Shown: piece by piece, positions 12,290-25,880 of the stretch
How positions within the stretch are numbered: the first letter of the stretch is position 1
Layout: each line of letters starts with the position of its first letter
From: Octopus sinensis
Taxonomy: Eukaryota
DNA length: 64,000 bases
NCBI RefSeq assembly: GCF_006345805.1
Contig: NC_042997.1
Coordinates: 16,678,001-16,742,000, forward strand
Direction: 5' to 3'
Translations under genes and position numbers: made by a program
Notes under the pieces: model-generated
What the model saw: only the letters and a program-made list of their open reading frames with translations
Database searches by the model: none
Told to the model about the DNA's origin: nothing

Positions 12290-12905
12290 AGAGGCACGTG
12301 GTTTTGTGGTTGAGGTGTTCAATTCATGATCATAAGATTGTGGTTTTTCCTGAACTGTGGTGATGCATTGTGTTCTTGAGCAAACACTTCATTTCACGTT
12401 GTCCCAAGTCCACTCAGCTGGTAAAAATGAGTAATTCTGTGACAGACTGGTATCCCATCCAGGGAGGGAATATACTGTATACTCCACAGAATCTGCCTTT
12501 CTTCCTTTTAGTGTCAATAAAATAAGCACCAGTCAAGTACTGGAGTCAATGTAATTGCCTAATCCTCTCCACCAAATTTCAGGCTTTGTACCTATAGAAC
12601 TTACTGATAATGTGGCTTGTGATACTTTTTTTATATACACTTGTACATATGTGCTGTGTGTGTGTGTGGTGTGTGTTCGTGCGTGCGTGTGCATGTGTGT
12701 GTATCATGAAGACATGTCACTTAGTAGTTAGGGTATTTGGCTTACAAGCGTAAGGTCGTGAGTTCAATTCCTGATGTGATATTGTGTCCTTGAGCAAGTC
12801 ACTTTATTTCATGCTGCTCCAGTCTACTCAGCTACAAAAATGAGTAGTTCCTCTATTTCAAAGGCCAGCCTTGCCACATTCTTTATCATGCTAAATCTCA
12901 CTGAG
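12290..12905. mobile_element. Cluster of three SINE copies from two families
   Basis: 12290-12480 and 12712-12905 match 765-1020; 12490-12600 is the reverse of the 20820 family. Confidence 0.65.
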
Positions 12906-13083
12906 AACTAACTACGTTAAAAATACGAATGAAAGTTACGAATAAAGAATTGCGAATAAACAAATACGAATAAAAATGAAATAATAATGATATAAAAATA
13001 TAAAGGAAAATAAAACGAATGTTAAGTTTTCTTTTCTTTTCAACGTAACTCTTATGTATCCCAAAATATTCGAATTGAGAGTC

Positions 13084-14500
13084 TAAAGAAGTAACTTACT
13101 AGATTGGTTGTTTGCGATAATTCATAGATTGAATAAAATAAACAACGATAAAAGTGGCTTGTTCCAGTGATGCATTTGTTTCCGGTTCCCCTGACAGTAC
13201 TATATAAAGGAATAGATACACCAGTAGAACCTTTTGACAGTTATTTGTAGTACCTTCTATACATATGTATTATCAAATGCAGATTTTACCTTCTTTTCAA
13301 GATGTGGCTATGTCTAATTTTCGTCGAGGAAAGAAAAGATAAGTTAACATTCGTATTATTTTTGTCTCTATTTTTTCCTTAAATGTTTATTCCTTAAATT
13401 TTTAATTTTCAGTTATTTTTATTTATTATTTGTATTTCTATTTATTTGTATATGCTAAGTAAGATTATATTGAAGATATAGAGTATCATAGAGGTATATA
13501 AGATGTAGAGACAGTAAAATATGTTGAGGAATCCGGACCTGAAGATTGGGAGTATGTCGACCCGATTAAGTATTGAAAATAGATACCTCGTATCTAATCA
13601 ATACCGACGTACTTTCATGAAACACATGTAGTCTTATAAACGGTAAATACAGGATTCAGAATAGATATAGTTAGTATAAGATTTAATATTTAACATTTTA
13701 TTGATTGGTAGGGTATAAAATCTTTCAGTGTTGATTGAGTTGAAGGTGATTCTGTCTCTAAAACTACTTTTATACATACGAATTAAACATTGAGAGATGT
13801 TAAAGAAGTAACTTACTAGATTGGTTGTTTGTGATAATTCATAGATTGAATAAAATTAACAACGATAAAAGTGGCTTGTTCCCGTGATGCATTTGTTTCC
13901 GGTTCCCCTGACAGTATTATATAAAGGAATAGTTACACTAGTAGAACTTTTTGACGTTTCTTTGTGGTACCTTCTATACATATGTATTATCAAATGCGGA
14001 TTTTACCTTCTTTTCAAGATGTGGCTATGTCTAATTTTCGTTGAGCCAAGAGAAGATAAGTTAACATTCGTATTATTTTATCTCTATTTTTATTTGCATT
14101 TATTTATTCGCAATTCTTTATTTATTATTCGTAACTTTCATTCGCAATTTTACTTTATTTTTTTCTCTTAAAATTTTTTTCCTTAATGTTTATTCCTTAA
14201 ATTTTTAATTTTCAGTTATTTTTATTTATTATTTGTATTTTATTTATTTGTATTTGCTAAGTAAGATTATATTGAAGGTATAGAGTATCATAGAGGTATA
14301 TAAGATGTAGAGATAGTAAAAGATGTGAGAATCCGACCTGAAGATTGGGAGTATGTCGACCCGATTAAGTATTGAAAATAGATACCTCGTAAATAATCAA
14401 TACCGACGTACTTTCATGAAACAATGTAGTCTTATAAACGGTAAATACAGGATTCAGAATAGATAAGTTACTATAATATTTAATATTTAACATTTTATTT
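13084..14500. repeat. Direct tandem duplication, unit ~717 bp (13084-13800 / 13801-~14500)
   Basis: Both copies start taaagaagtaacttactagattggttgtttg and share the same internal blocks (gtatgtcgacccgattaag; ataccgacgtactttcatgaaac) with scattered differences. Confidence 0.9.
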
Positions 14501-14511
14501 AACATTTTATT

Positions 14512-16040
14512 TAACATTCAAACGTGTGACTGCGCATGCGCGAAAGTGTTACTGCGCGTGCGCGAACGTTTAAATGCGCAGGCGCGAAAGTGTTAATGCG
14601 AATGCGCGAAAGTGTGACTGCGCATGCGCGAACGTTTGAATGGGCAGGCGCCAAAGTGTGATTGCGCGAAAGTGTGACTACGCATGCGCGAACATGTGAC
14701 TGCGCATGCGCGAACGATTGAATGCGCATGCGCGAAAGTGTGTTTGCGCATGCGGGAAAGTGTTAATACGCACGTGCGAAAGTGTAACAATTTATTTAAC
14801 ATTTAATATTTAACATTTTAATTAACATTCAAACGAGTGACTGCGCATCCGCGAAAGTGTTACTGCGCGTGCGCGAACGTTTGAATGCGCAGACGCGAAA
14901 GTGTGACTACGCATGCGCGAAAGTGTTAATGCGCATGCTCGAAAGTGTGTCTGCGCATGCGCGAACGTTTGAATGCGCATGCGCGAAAGTGTGAGTGCGC
15001 ATGCGCGAAAGTGTTAATGCGCAGGCGAGAACGTTTGAATGCGCATGCGCGAAAGTGTGTTTGCGCATGCGCATGAACACTTTCGCGCATGCACATCAAC
15101 ACTTTCGCGCATGCGCATTCAAACGTTCGCGCATTTGTAGTCACACTTTCGCGCATGCGCAATCACACTTTCGCGCATGCGCAATCACACTTCCGCGCCT
15201 GCGCATTCAAACGTTCGCGCACGCGCAGTAACACTTTCGCGCATGCGCAGTCACACTTTCGCGCATGCGCATGAACACTTTAGCGCATGCGCATTAACAC
15301 TTTCGCGCCTGCGCAGTCACACTTTCGCGCACGCGCACTAACACTTTCGCGCATGCGCATTAACACTTTCGCGCCTGCGCATTCAAACGTTCGCGCCCAC
15401 GCAGTAACACTTTTGCGCATGCGCAGTCACACGTTCGCGCATGCGCAATCACACTGTCGCGCCTGCGCATTCAAACGTTCGCGCACGCGCAGTAACACTT
15501 TCGGGCATGTGCAGTCACACGTTCGCGCATGCGCAGTCACACGTTCGCGCATGTGTAGTCACACTTTCGCGCATGCGCAGTCACACTTTCGTGCATGCGC
15601 ATTAACAGTTTCACGCATGCGCATTAACACATTCGCGCATGCGCATGAACACTTTCGCGCATGTGCATTAACACTTTCGCGCATGCGCATTAACACTTTC
15701 GCGCATGCGCATTCTAACGTTCGCGCATGCGCAGTCACACGTTCGCGCATGCGCAGTCACACTTTCGCGCATGCGCATTAACACTTTCGCGCATGCGCAA
15801 TCACACTTTCGCGCCTCCGCATTCAAACGTTCGCGCACGCGCAGCAACACTTTCGCGTATGCGCAGTCACACTTTCGCGCACTCGCACGCAAACGTTCGC
15901 GCATGCGCATTCAAACGTTCGCGCATGTGCACGAACACTTTCGCGCATTAACACTTTCGCGCATGCGCACGGAAACGTTCGCGCATGCGCACGCACACTT
16001 TCGCCTATGCGCAGTCACACTTTTGCGCATGCGCAATCAA
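14512..16040. repeat. CpG-rich tandem array of GCGCATGCGC palindromes with ~10-12-nt spacers; orientation inverts near 15068
   Basis: Units such as gcgcatgcgcgaaagtgtgact, ...gaacgtttgaat, ...gaaagtgttaat to ~15068; reverse complements (acactttcgcgcatgcgc) thereafter. Confidence 0.95.
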
Positions 16041-16121
16041 TGTTTCTTAAAGAGGAGGCCTATGGGACGGTCTGACAAGTCGTTTTGAGAAAATTTGGTT
16101 TAAATGTTTGACAACTCAGTA

Positions 16122-16172
16122 CCGTCCACTAGACGGGGTGGGCGTTTTGCTCGTATATATTGCTCGTATATA
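16122..16172 (+). mobile_element. Possible Helitron-like 3' terminus
   Basis: Hairpin ccgtc-cacta-gacgg (16122-16136), then CTCGT (CTAGT-like) at 16150-16154 and a 13-bp direct duplication ttgctcgtatata. Confidence 0.3.
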
Positions 16173-17214
16173 TTGAGAAAAAAGATGTCAGAATTTTGGA
16201 AAAAAAATCCTTTTATTTCGTCATTATTATCAGCGCTTTCGTTCCTTTATAGAACTTGTCAAATAAAATTATGTGAATGTACAAACAGCTTGTTCATTTA
16301 TATAAAACAGATGTTTTTGTTTGGTTTTGTTTAGAAGAAAATATTGTTTTTTTGGGGGGAGGGGTGAGGTCCCATGATAAATAGAGATGGGTGGATAGAT
16401 AGGCTGATAGGTAGATAGATAATCAGACAGATGGACAGATAGGTAGAGGGAAAGTGAGAGAAAAGGGGTATCCACCTTCCTTTTCACCATTCATTCATTT
16501 ATTTATTTAGTCCTTTACCATTTTATTGGAATGGGTTTAAGGATGGTGACCTCTTCAAAAAAAAAAACAGGTGCGATTTGGTCATCACTGAAAGTCATTT
16601 TGCTTTCTTTCTCTCTCCCTCTTTTTTCCTATTCCTCCTTTTTTCCTTTTCCTCCTTTCTTTCTCGTTCTCCTCTTTGAGTTATATTTAGAATATACCCC
16701 TTCCAAACATTCATTTTTGGAGGGAATTTTTTGATAAAGTGTAATTCTGTATGTAAATACATTAGTATAGTATTTGCAAATTAACAATTTGAAAAATCAA
16801 TCAGTAAATAAAATAAAACGAATATATATATTATTTATATTAAGGGCATTATTATACACAAATGCCTCACGCTAATAGGGACTCTTAAAGTCAAAACTAT
16901 CATAATAAATAAACACATTGTACTGAATACGAGGGAATGCAACTCTCGAAGCAAGCATTTTAAAAACAGAATTCAGCTGCATATTATATGATCTCATAAT
17001 TAGTGCACAAAATACAATTTTTAATCTTCAGTGCAAGCATAATTCAAGATACATAACATACCAGACAAACACGAAATAGTACATAGAAATTGTTTACCTT
17101 TATATATCTATGTAAAAGGCAGGCTTTTCGAATTGCATCTCAGTACAACGTGTTTATTCAGAATAAAATTCAGCACTGAATATATTCTGGTTAAATTTAC
17201 AAAACTTTATGAGG

Positions 17215-17470
17215 TTTTTCACGCTAACTACTTGCTCTCAACTATGGTCCCCAGGGAATGTGAAACAAACTGTGGAACTTGAAGCAATCCAGTGCCAATA
17301 CACAAAGAAGATTGATTCGATGCAAAAGATGGGCTAATGGGAGAGGCTAAAGGAGCTGAGTCTCTATTACCTGGAGAGAGGACAAGAGATATATGTGGTG
17401 ATATATATTTGGAAGATCTTGGAGGGTTTAGCTCCCAATTTTGGAATTGACAGCTATACCAATCCTTAAA
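17215..17470 (+). mobile_element. CR1/L2-type LINE 3' fragment
   Basis: LKELSLYYLERGQEIYVVIYIWKILEG-like reading, similar to ~11700-11850. Confidence 0.6.
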
Positions 17471-17919
17471 CTGAACAGCACTGCATCATACCAAAGATCC
17501 TGTCTTCCCTGTCTAAAATAAGGACACCACCACACCACCCCACACTGCTCCACACACTCTAGCACTGACCACTTCCCAGCACCCACACATCCACATGTTA
17601 CAGATGCACACACATCAAAGTCACTAGCCCCTATCCCCCCAAACACACTTACACCTTCTCACATACACACATGCACGTACACCTTCATTTTAGAATCACC
17701 AATACTTTATTATCTCCCCTTCTTTCAATCCCTCCTATCAAACCTTTTTTTTCTAATCAGTCACCACAAGTTTTTTTTTATTCTCTCTCTGTTTATTTTC
17801 TCTTATTCCTAACTGTTGAAGAACATAGGCTTGAAATGTAAAAGTCTTTTTCACTTTCCTGAGTGTCAAACTAATAAACCTACTTGTTATTCACACACAC
17901 ACACATACATATATGTATA

Positions 17920-17971
<52 letters not shown>

Positions 17972-19423
17972 TATATATGTATATATGTACATATATGTAT
18001 GCATATATATATAGACACACACACACAGACACACATATATATCATCTTTATAACAATTGCATTACATTCTCCTTAAATACAGTTACCATACTTGTATTGA
18101 GCCAATGAGAAAGCCTCTTTATTGTCCCTTGACCTGTTATAAATAGCAGCCAAATCTCCCTCAAATCATACTACATTCTAAGGGGAAAAAAAGGTGGTGG
18201 GATATGCTATGCAGTTGCTTTTCTTTTAATAACAGCCATATCTGCCTGATATCATACCTTACCTTCTGGAAAAAGAAGGGATACAACATAATTGTCTGAT
18301 GGTCTGTCCTCTCAGATTTGACTTTGGGTTAACTAATAACAACAAGAAATATATATTATATAATGTAGCCATGAATTTATTGTCTGAATAAAAGACAATA
18401 ATCTCGGCTGGAATGGGTTTGAGTCTGCTCAATCAAATTTCATCTGGCACTAGATCACAACAACTATCTTTGTATCCCATGAATGGAGTAACAGTCACCA
18501 CACAAATCCACCCTTGTTACTTCAACTAACATACTGTATAAATGATTCATCACTGAATCATAGATAATGGAGGCATTTCATATTAACCATGTTTCAAATT
18601 TTATTGGTATCAGATACACAAAAATCAACTTTACTAATTCTTGCTTCCTTCCCTGAATGAAAACCTCTGGAATCCTCACCCATATTTTTTCCTACAGTTG
18701 TCAACCTGCAGAGGATCAAGCTGATATCCATCTACACTGATATGACTAGTCTGAAATAGCCTGTGAAGGACAAGGTCACTGCCTTTCCTCCAGAGTATAA
18801 AAGCAATTTTTAAAAATTGAGAAAATAGTAGGTTCAATAAAGCTCAATTGCTTGTTACTCAAACTACTAATAATCGAAGAAGCTTACTGACTTAAGCTTT
18901 TGCTCTCTATGGAGTGCAGGCCATTGATAACTGTTCCCCACTTTCCTCAAATCTGGACAGTTTTTTCTGCTTCTTTCTTGTTAGATGACTGCTTTTTCAG
19001 CTCTGCTTCAGTACCCCATCACCAGCTAATTTTCTGGCAACCTCTTTTCCACCTGTCATGGATTCCAGATCAGGGCCTGATGTGTAATGCAGGATGATGT
19101 TTTCCTTTCAGATTTTATGGTACCATGTCATATGTTTCCTTGAGGGAAGGCCTTCCTCTCTCAGGTCTTCAACTACTTCTGTAAATTTAAAAACTTGATT
19201 TTTTTCTAGGTAGGGCTGTTATCTTATGCAAACTTATTTTCATCTCTGGGAAAAGGTGGTCTATATTACTCTGGCCTCTATACAGACAAACATAGAGGGC
19301 CCTATCAGGACCTTGCACTCTGCTGGCATAGCTTTTAGGGCCCTTGAAGGACACCAGCTACCATGCTGCATCAAGGACTAGACCTTATGGTAGACCAGAA
19401 GTAGTGCATCCCAGTTAATTTAC

Positions 19424-19467
19424 CTGCAATTGATGTTTTCCTGTGAATGAAAGTTAACATTCTGTAA
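19424..19467 (-). other. Orphan 44-nt exon candidate (coding status unknown)
   Basis: Very strong acceptor gttttactttgttttgttatttttactttccag (19468-19470) and donor CAG|gtaaat. Two frames open (LQNVNFHSQENINC; YRMLTFIHRKTSIA). Confidence 0.35.
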
Positions 19468-20398
19468 CTGGAAAGTAAAAATAACAAAACAAAGTAAAAC
19501 TTCATTAACAAAAAAATGTTTTATTTTCATAATTGTTTCTGTTGATGATTTGATTTGAAAATACTGCTGCTGACCCAGCATCAGGGTGATCACAAGTTGA
19601 ATATAGCTTTTGCTTGCAAACGCTTACAAGTTATACCACTCTCCAGCAAAACGGAAACATTTTTGTCTACAACTTACTGGAGATTTATGGTCAAAATTGA
19701 AGAAAAAAATCTATTACTTAAAAATAAAAACAAATTAACATAAAGACAAAAGAAAAAGGTAATAGCGTTTAAAAGATAATTATATTTTGTTAGATGAAAA
19801 ATTTCTCTACGATTTCATATAAATATTTTCTTTATAAGAAACAATCCCAATGGTTGATCCTTCTGTTTCTCTGGAATGGTTTTTCTAGTCTTGATGACTA
19901 AGAAAGGGAAATCATTTTTATGTTTCCTTCTGTGGAGTTCTTTTAATAAATAAAATGTTAATTACTTAAAAATAATCATATAATCAGAATATCATTACAA
20001 TATGATATTTCTTTTTAAAGTTTACATTTTTGTTTATTTCAGCAACAGAATTTTATATGAAATAAAATAAAATAGCAAATAAATTGAGCATATATTTAAA
20101 GAAACAAAGTTTAAAATATAGCCATTTCACAAAATTATTTTCGTAAAAAAATGATAAATTAATGGAAAACAAAAATTGCAAAAAAAAGAACTCCACTTTT
20201 TTCAGGAAAGTTTCTAAATTTTGTCTGTAGCTATTTTCATTAGTACCGCTGTAAGACAAATGAAACTGTTGGAAAAATTGTATTTTTCTGTTTTTTTTTT
20301 TTTTATTATTAAAATTATATGTTGAGAAGTTAAAATGTTCTGTATTCTAATCACAACCCCCAAAGTGAAGAAAAAGGCTAAAAGTAATGGGAAAGGGA

Positions 20399-20439
<41 letters not shown>

Positions 20440-20819
20440 GAAACCAAAATTATTTGTTGTCTCTGGTAGAAGACTAAGAACAATGATTGAAGAGTATTTC
20501 AAATGAATATTTCTGTTGAAAGCAATTTTTAAATAAGTATTTTACAGTTTAAAAAAAAAAATTCTATTCACTATAAATTGTAACACTTTTGCTCAAAAGC
20601 AGGATGAATGGTTAAAATTTCAGTTGATTTTATTTTAAACTTAAACTTATCTCCAAACTTGGTCATTGTTTTTTTCTAGTTATTTTACTAATATAAACTT
20701 AACTCATTTAATAATAAATTTAACTAGTTGAACATTTTAATAGTTACAGAAAGCAACTTTACATGAATATCTTATTCCTGTTTCTAAACTTTTATTTAAT
20801 AAATAATGAATTTTTATAT

Positions 20820-21010
20820 TGGTTTCAAATTCTGGCACAGGGCCAGCAATTGTGAGTGAGGTGCAAGTCAATTACATCGACCCCAGTGCTCAACTGGTAC
20901 TTATTTTATCGACCCTGAAAAGATAAAAGGCAAAGTGGACTTTAGCAGAATTTGAACCCAAAATGTGAAGATGGATGAAATGCCACCAAGCATTTTGTCC
21001 ACCATACTAA
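20820..21010 (+). mobile_element. SINE-like repeat (ggtttcaaatt..gtcaattacatcgacccc..aaggcaaag..atttgaacc..gattctgccagc family)
   Basis: Multiple copies in the window (52430-52652 reversed; 55625-56260). Strand label is arbitrary. Confidence 0.7.
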
Positions 21011-21692
21011 TGATTCTGCCAGCTGAATGCCTTAAAGTATAATGTAAAATATTGTCAAGTAAATCATTCTCACTATGTAACTGGTACCCATTTATTGACA
21101 CTTCTCTATCCTCACAAGTTGAAAGACAAATTTAACAACTCTAGCTAAATTTGAACTCAGCATATGAAAAAGACAGAGCTTACTGCATTGCCTGCTCTTA
21201 ACAGATTAATTATTATTAATTGATTTTATTTTATGAGATTGCAAGAAGCTGCAATGTATATTATGTGGATTGTCTGTTTTAAGTTTTCATAATCAGCTTA
21301 TCTAAAACTATTAAAACTACTTATCACAGAACATCTACTATTTGTTTTGAATGTTGTATCGTTTGTCATTTGAATGTTTATGAATTTCTTTTTAATTAAA
21401 AGATAGCAAAGAAGAAAAATAGCTAGCAAAATAATGTATTTGAATTAAGTAAATACTGAATACCATTACTAATGTAATGGGTCCCTCTTCACATGGAGGA
21501 TTCTGCCTTGTCAGATTGATGATACTAGCAACACCTATAGAGTTCATAACTTAATCTTTTAAATATTTATATTTTAATAAAGCTTTTCTGACTAATTTGC
21601 AAACTATTTTGTTGTTGTTTTGTGTTAGAGAGTTTGGTTTAGCAAAATCATGCAAACTGAAATCTGAGAGAGAGAAAGAATGCAGATGACAG

Positions 21693-21724
<32 letters not shown>

Positions 21725-24224
21725 ATTGCTAATATTACTGTTGCCTTTCATTCATATATGGTCCTTAAAATAAGTTCCAGTCAAAAATGGGGTCAGTTTT
21801 AATCAACTATATTAATCCAGAAATCTTTGAGACCTTGTGTTCATGCTAAAAATCAATATTATGATTAACTAGTTGCGATATTCTCTGGAAAAATATGAAT
21901 ACCAAAGAGTCTATGTTTACCTCAGAAATATAATTGTCATGCTCCATTAAGTGATTATTACTGTTCTAAGTACCATCATTATAAATGCTATTAGAGTTGT
22001 TATAAAAGTTGTTAGTTATGTGAAACAAAGCAAACTGATAACATTTCTAAAATGAACAACTCCCCACACCCAATATATTATTATATTCTGAAAAGTGCCT
22101 TTGTTTACTGCTATTCTTGGTCATCTATTTAGTGCTTTCAGCTTTGGACCATTCAAGCAACTATACCTCTCTCATCTGAAAATTTGACCTTGCACCTAGC
22201 CAAGAGAAAATATTAATTTGTTTAACTAATCTAATTGCTTCCTCATTTCTCATACAAGCATGCACGCATGCATGCACACATGCACACACACACACATATG
22301 AAAAGGAATAAATCTTATATGAGCACATAACCTGCTTTCAGTACACATTATTTACTTCATGCATGTATATGAATAGTTGACAGACTGTACTAAGGCAAGC
22401 AGGCACATGTGTTTGATTGAACCAATTGAATTTGGGCACTTCAGTACAGTATATCTGTAAGGAAGCATGTGTACTAATTTCTATAGTAGTCACATAGATA
22501 GCAGTAGGTGTCTTATTACTTGTAATTACTTAAATATATTATGTGATAAGAGGACAATTTTTTTTCTTTTTTAGGCATCTCAACATCCATACTCATTTTG
22601 CCAAGTCTAATACCAGCAGCAACATTTATTTTCAAAGAAACTGAACAAAACCATTAGTTCCTGAAATTTTAACATTATCATTAAAGTAAACTGATTATTA
22701 ATTAAAATTAAATTATTCATTTATTGATTTATAAAGTGAAAATTATTTTCTATCCTTTCATTTATTTACCTTTTCTCTTGTTTATGCAATAAAATATTAT
22801 ACTATTGAAGAATTTGTAAGAATTTTATTATAATTTTAGCAATTGCTAAACCATATGCACAGTTATACAAGCTTGCATACACAGAGGCATACATTTTTGC
22901 ATACATACATCGATGCTTACAATCTACAACTAATTTAGAAAAAACGTTGTTTTTGAAATCTGCCATTTCCAAGGGCTGTTTATTTGGAAATGAATTGTAG
23001 AATAATGGTTATAATCCATTACTTTAAAGCTCTTAGCAGGATAATTTAGCAACTTAAAAATGATCACTACAACATTTAACTAAACATTATTTCATTCCAG
23101 AGTTTGCCTTGTTGATCCTGGTAGAATACTGTTTGGGTAAATTATGCTTTGGTGTAGATTTTAAGAATTGTAGATATGAAAATTTAAATGTATTAATATA
23201 TCCAGTAATGACAACTCATGTATTTATTTCTAAGCAAATTAGAATTTCCATGTAAATTAAATAAATAGATTTTTGTCCTTACAGAAGGTTATTAAATATA
23301 AAATTTAAGGATAGCAGTTTTGATTGTTTCTTTAATTTCTGAATTCAAAGGAAGACTTAAGTAAAAAGAAAAAAAATGCAATATATTGAAATAAGGCTAG
23401 CATAGAATAATTTTCATATTAATTTAGTTTTTGCATAATGAAAACAATAAAAAAATGAAAAAAAAGCAAACAAAAAAAAAAACACCATTAAAAGGGTAGA
23501 AGGAAAAATAAGAAAAGAAAATATAAATTTTATCAGAAATATGATTTATGTTTCAAAATGGAAAGAAATTGCTTTCTAAAAAATAAACCTATTGTTTGAA
23601 GTTAATTTTGGTTTGCATTATCCCTTGTTGTATATTTTGATTTCTTTTCCTGCCCAGTACTTTCAGATTTGAACAGCAGATATTTCAAGTTAAATAAATA
23701 ATCCACAATTAACAGAAGCAAATTTAAGTTCAAAATACAAACATTATGTTCAATATTTATTTTTAAAGGTTTTGAAATGTTTTTATTTTTTCTTTCTCTG
23801 GTAGAAGAAAATATATATTTTCATAATCCTTACCAGTGATTTAGAAAAAAAAAATATGTGCATAGTCTATGAGCTGAAAAATGTTTTAAAACAAAGGTCA
23901 ATATTGTACAAGGTTTTTGGACTTGGTTTTTTTTTGTGTTTTACAATGGATACAATACAGTTGGTTAAGAAACAGAAATTTATAAATCAAAAATAAAAAG
24001 AGAAAAAAAAAGAAAAATAATTGATTTGTTAGTTTATTCTAACTGCATGTTTTTATTAGTCAAGATGTAGCTCTTGCAATAGTACAGCTATTCATCACTG
24101 TCAGACTCTGACTGAAGTTTGAAAATGATCTTCATTAAAAAAAAAAACGAAATATTTAAAATATTTTAGATGCCTCATTTACTACAAAGAAAGCATCCAA
24201 AATGTAATATATTAAAATAGTTTG

Positions 24225-24830
24225 GAATAATAATAATAATAATAATAATAATGATAATAATAATAATAATAATATTAATAATAATGATAATTTCTTTATT
24301 GGTCACAATGGCCCAAACACATTTATAAAAGAGAGAGGCAATAATGTTGCGACAATCTTTCTTTCCTGAACGACAATATTGATTTAGTATGAAAAGGTCC
24401 CATGTGGGAACCAATATGCATGTTCACATTCTTAATTAGCTGAAGAACTTATCAATACATCATATTGGTAATGATGATGGTGATAATGATGATGATAATG
24501 ATAATAATAATAATGATGATGATGATGATATAATAATAGTAGTAGTAGTAATAATAATAATAATAATAATAATAATGATAATAATAGTAATAATAATAGT
24601 AATAATGATAATTAATAACTTTTTCATGTGGCATTAACTTTTAAACAAGTGAAGTTTAGTATCTTGTTGAAGGTTGCTAAACTATATCTGTAAGCTTGGA
24701 GTCCACGATCCTGAAGTAATTTCTCTCCCATTGTAAACATAGCAGTAGTAGCAGGTGTAATAATAATAATAACAATAATAATAATAAATATCATTATATT
24801 AATAATTATTATAATATCACTGAGTATTAA
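24225..24830. repeat. (AAT)n/(GAT)n/(TAG)n trinucleotide repeat cluster
   Basis: Direct reading; source of the spurious poly-Ile and poly-Tyr ORFs. Confidence 0.9.
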
Positions 24831-25238
24831 CAACATTGAAAATATATCCAAGTGGTTGTAGTAAAGACATTGTATAAAGTGGTAACATTTAAAATGTAAC
24901 CAAGAAATAAGAATGTAAAAAAAAATTAACGTTTGTTGTTACTTTTTACATTCTTTAGTTCTTTGTATAAATTAAATATTAATATTTTGTGCAATGGTTG
25001 TACCATATTTAATACATTTTGGCATTCTTAATATAGAATGAAATTAAATTAATTTCAAATATTGTAATAATACTTACTAATATTTCTACTACAAGTTATA
25101 CAATTGAAGTAAAAGTACCTTTGGGAGCTAGACTCGAAGCACACAAACATACCTTGTATCTTGCTGTTTGTATTGGTATACATATACTCTGAAGATTAAT
25201 TGTTTCCCCACATAGCCACATATTAACTGTTATGCTGA

Positions 25239-25239
<1 letters not shown>

Positions 25240-25308
<69 letters not shown>

Positions 25309-25381
25309 ATATGTATGTATATGTGTATATATATATATATAATATATATATATATATATAATATATGTATGTATATATGTA

Positions 25382-25425
<44 letters not shown>

Positions 25426-25880
25426 ATATATATAATATATATATGTATATATGCTTATACACATATATATGCACATTTATAGATATATATACATACGTAT
25501 ATATATATATATATATGTATATATGCTTATACACATATATATGCACATTTATAGATATATATACATACGTAATATATATATATATACATATACATACATA
25601 TATATATGCATACATATATACACGTGTGTATTCATATATACACATATGCGTATATGCATATATATATACATATATGCATATATATATATACACATATGCA
25701 TATACATACATATATATATGCATGTATATATATATACAATATATACATATATATACAATATATACATATATATATATAAATGTGTATGTGTGTTTATATA
25801 TATATATATATATATATGTATATGCAAATATATATGCATGCATACACACATGTGCATATGTATATCCATCTACCTAAGCA
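25240..25880. repeat. Compound (TA)n/(TACA)n microsatellite
   Basis: Direct reading. Confidence 0.95.

Noticed and set aside
13537-13590. CTGAAGA...GAAA in the duplicated block
   Set aside because: Stem II is not adjacent to GAAA and stems I and III do not form.
14512-16040. GC array or 7730-7910 repeats as a CRISPR array
   Set aside because: Spacers are recurrent rather than unique, units vary, there are no cas genes, and the context is eukaryotic.
14511-16088. ORFs rich in AHAQSH/RMRSH
   Set aside because: They are readings of the GCGCATGCGC array in several frames, with no protein signature.
18261-18263. Apparent 3-nt microexon (ttccag AAG gtaagg, minus)
   Set aside because: It lies in a repeat segment that recurs at ~18150-18190; probably coincidental.
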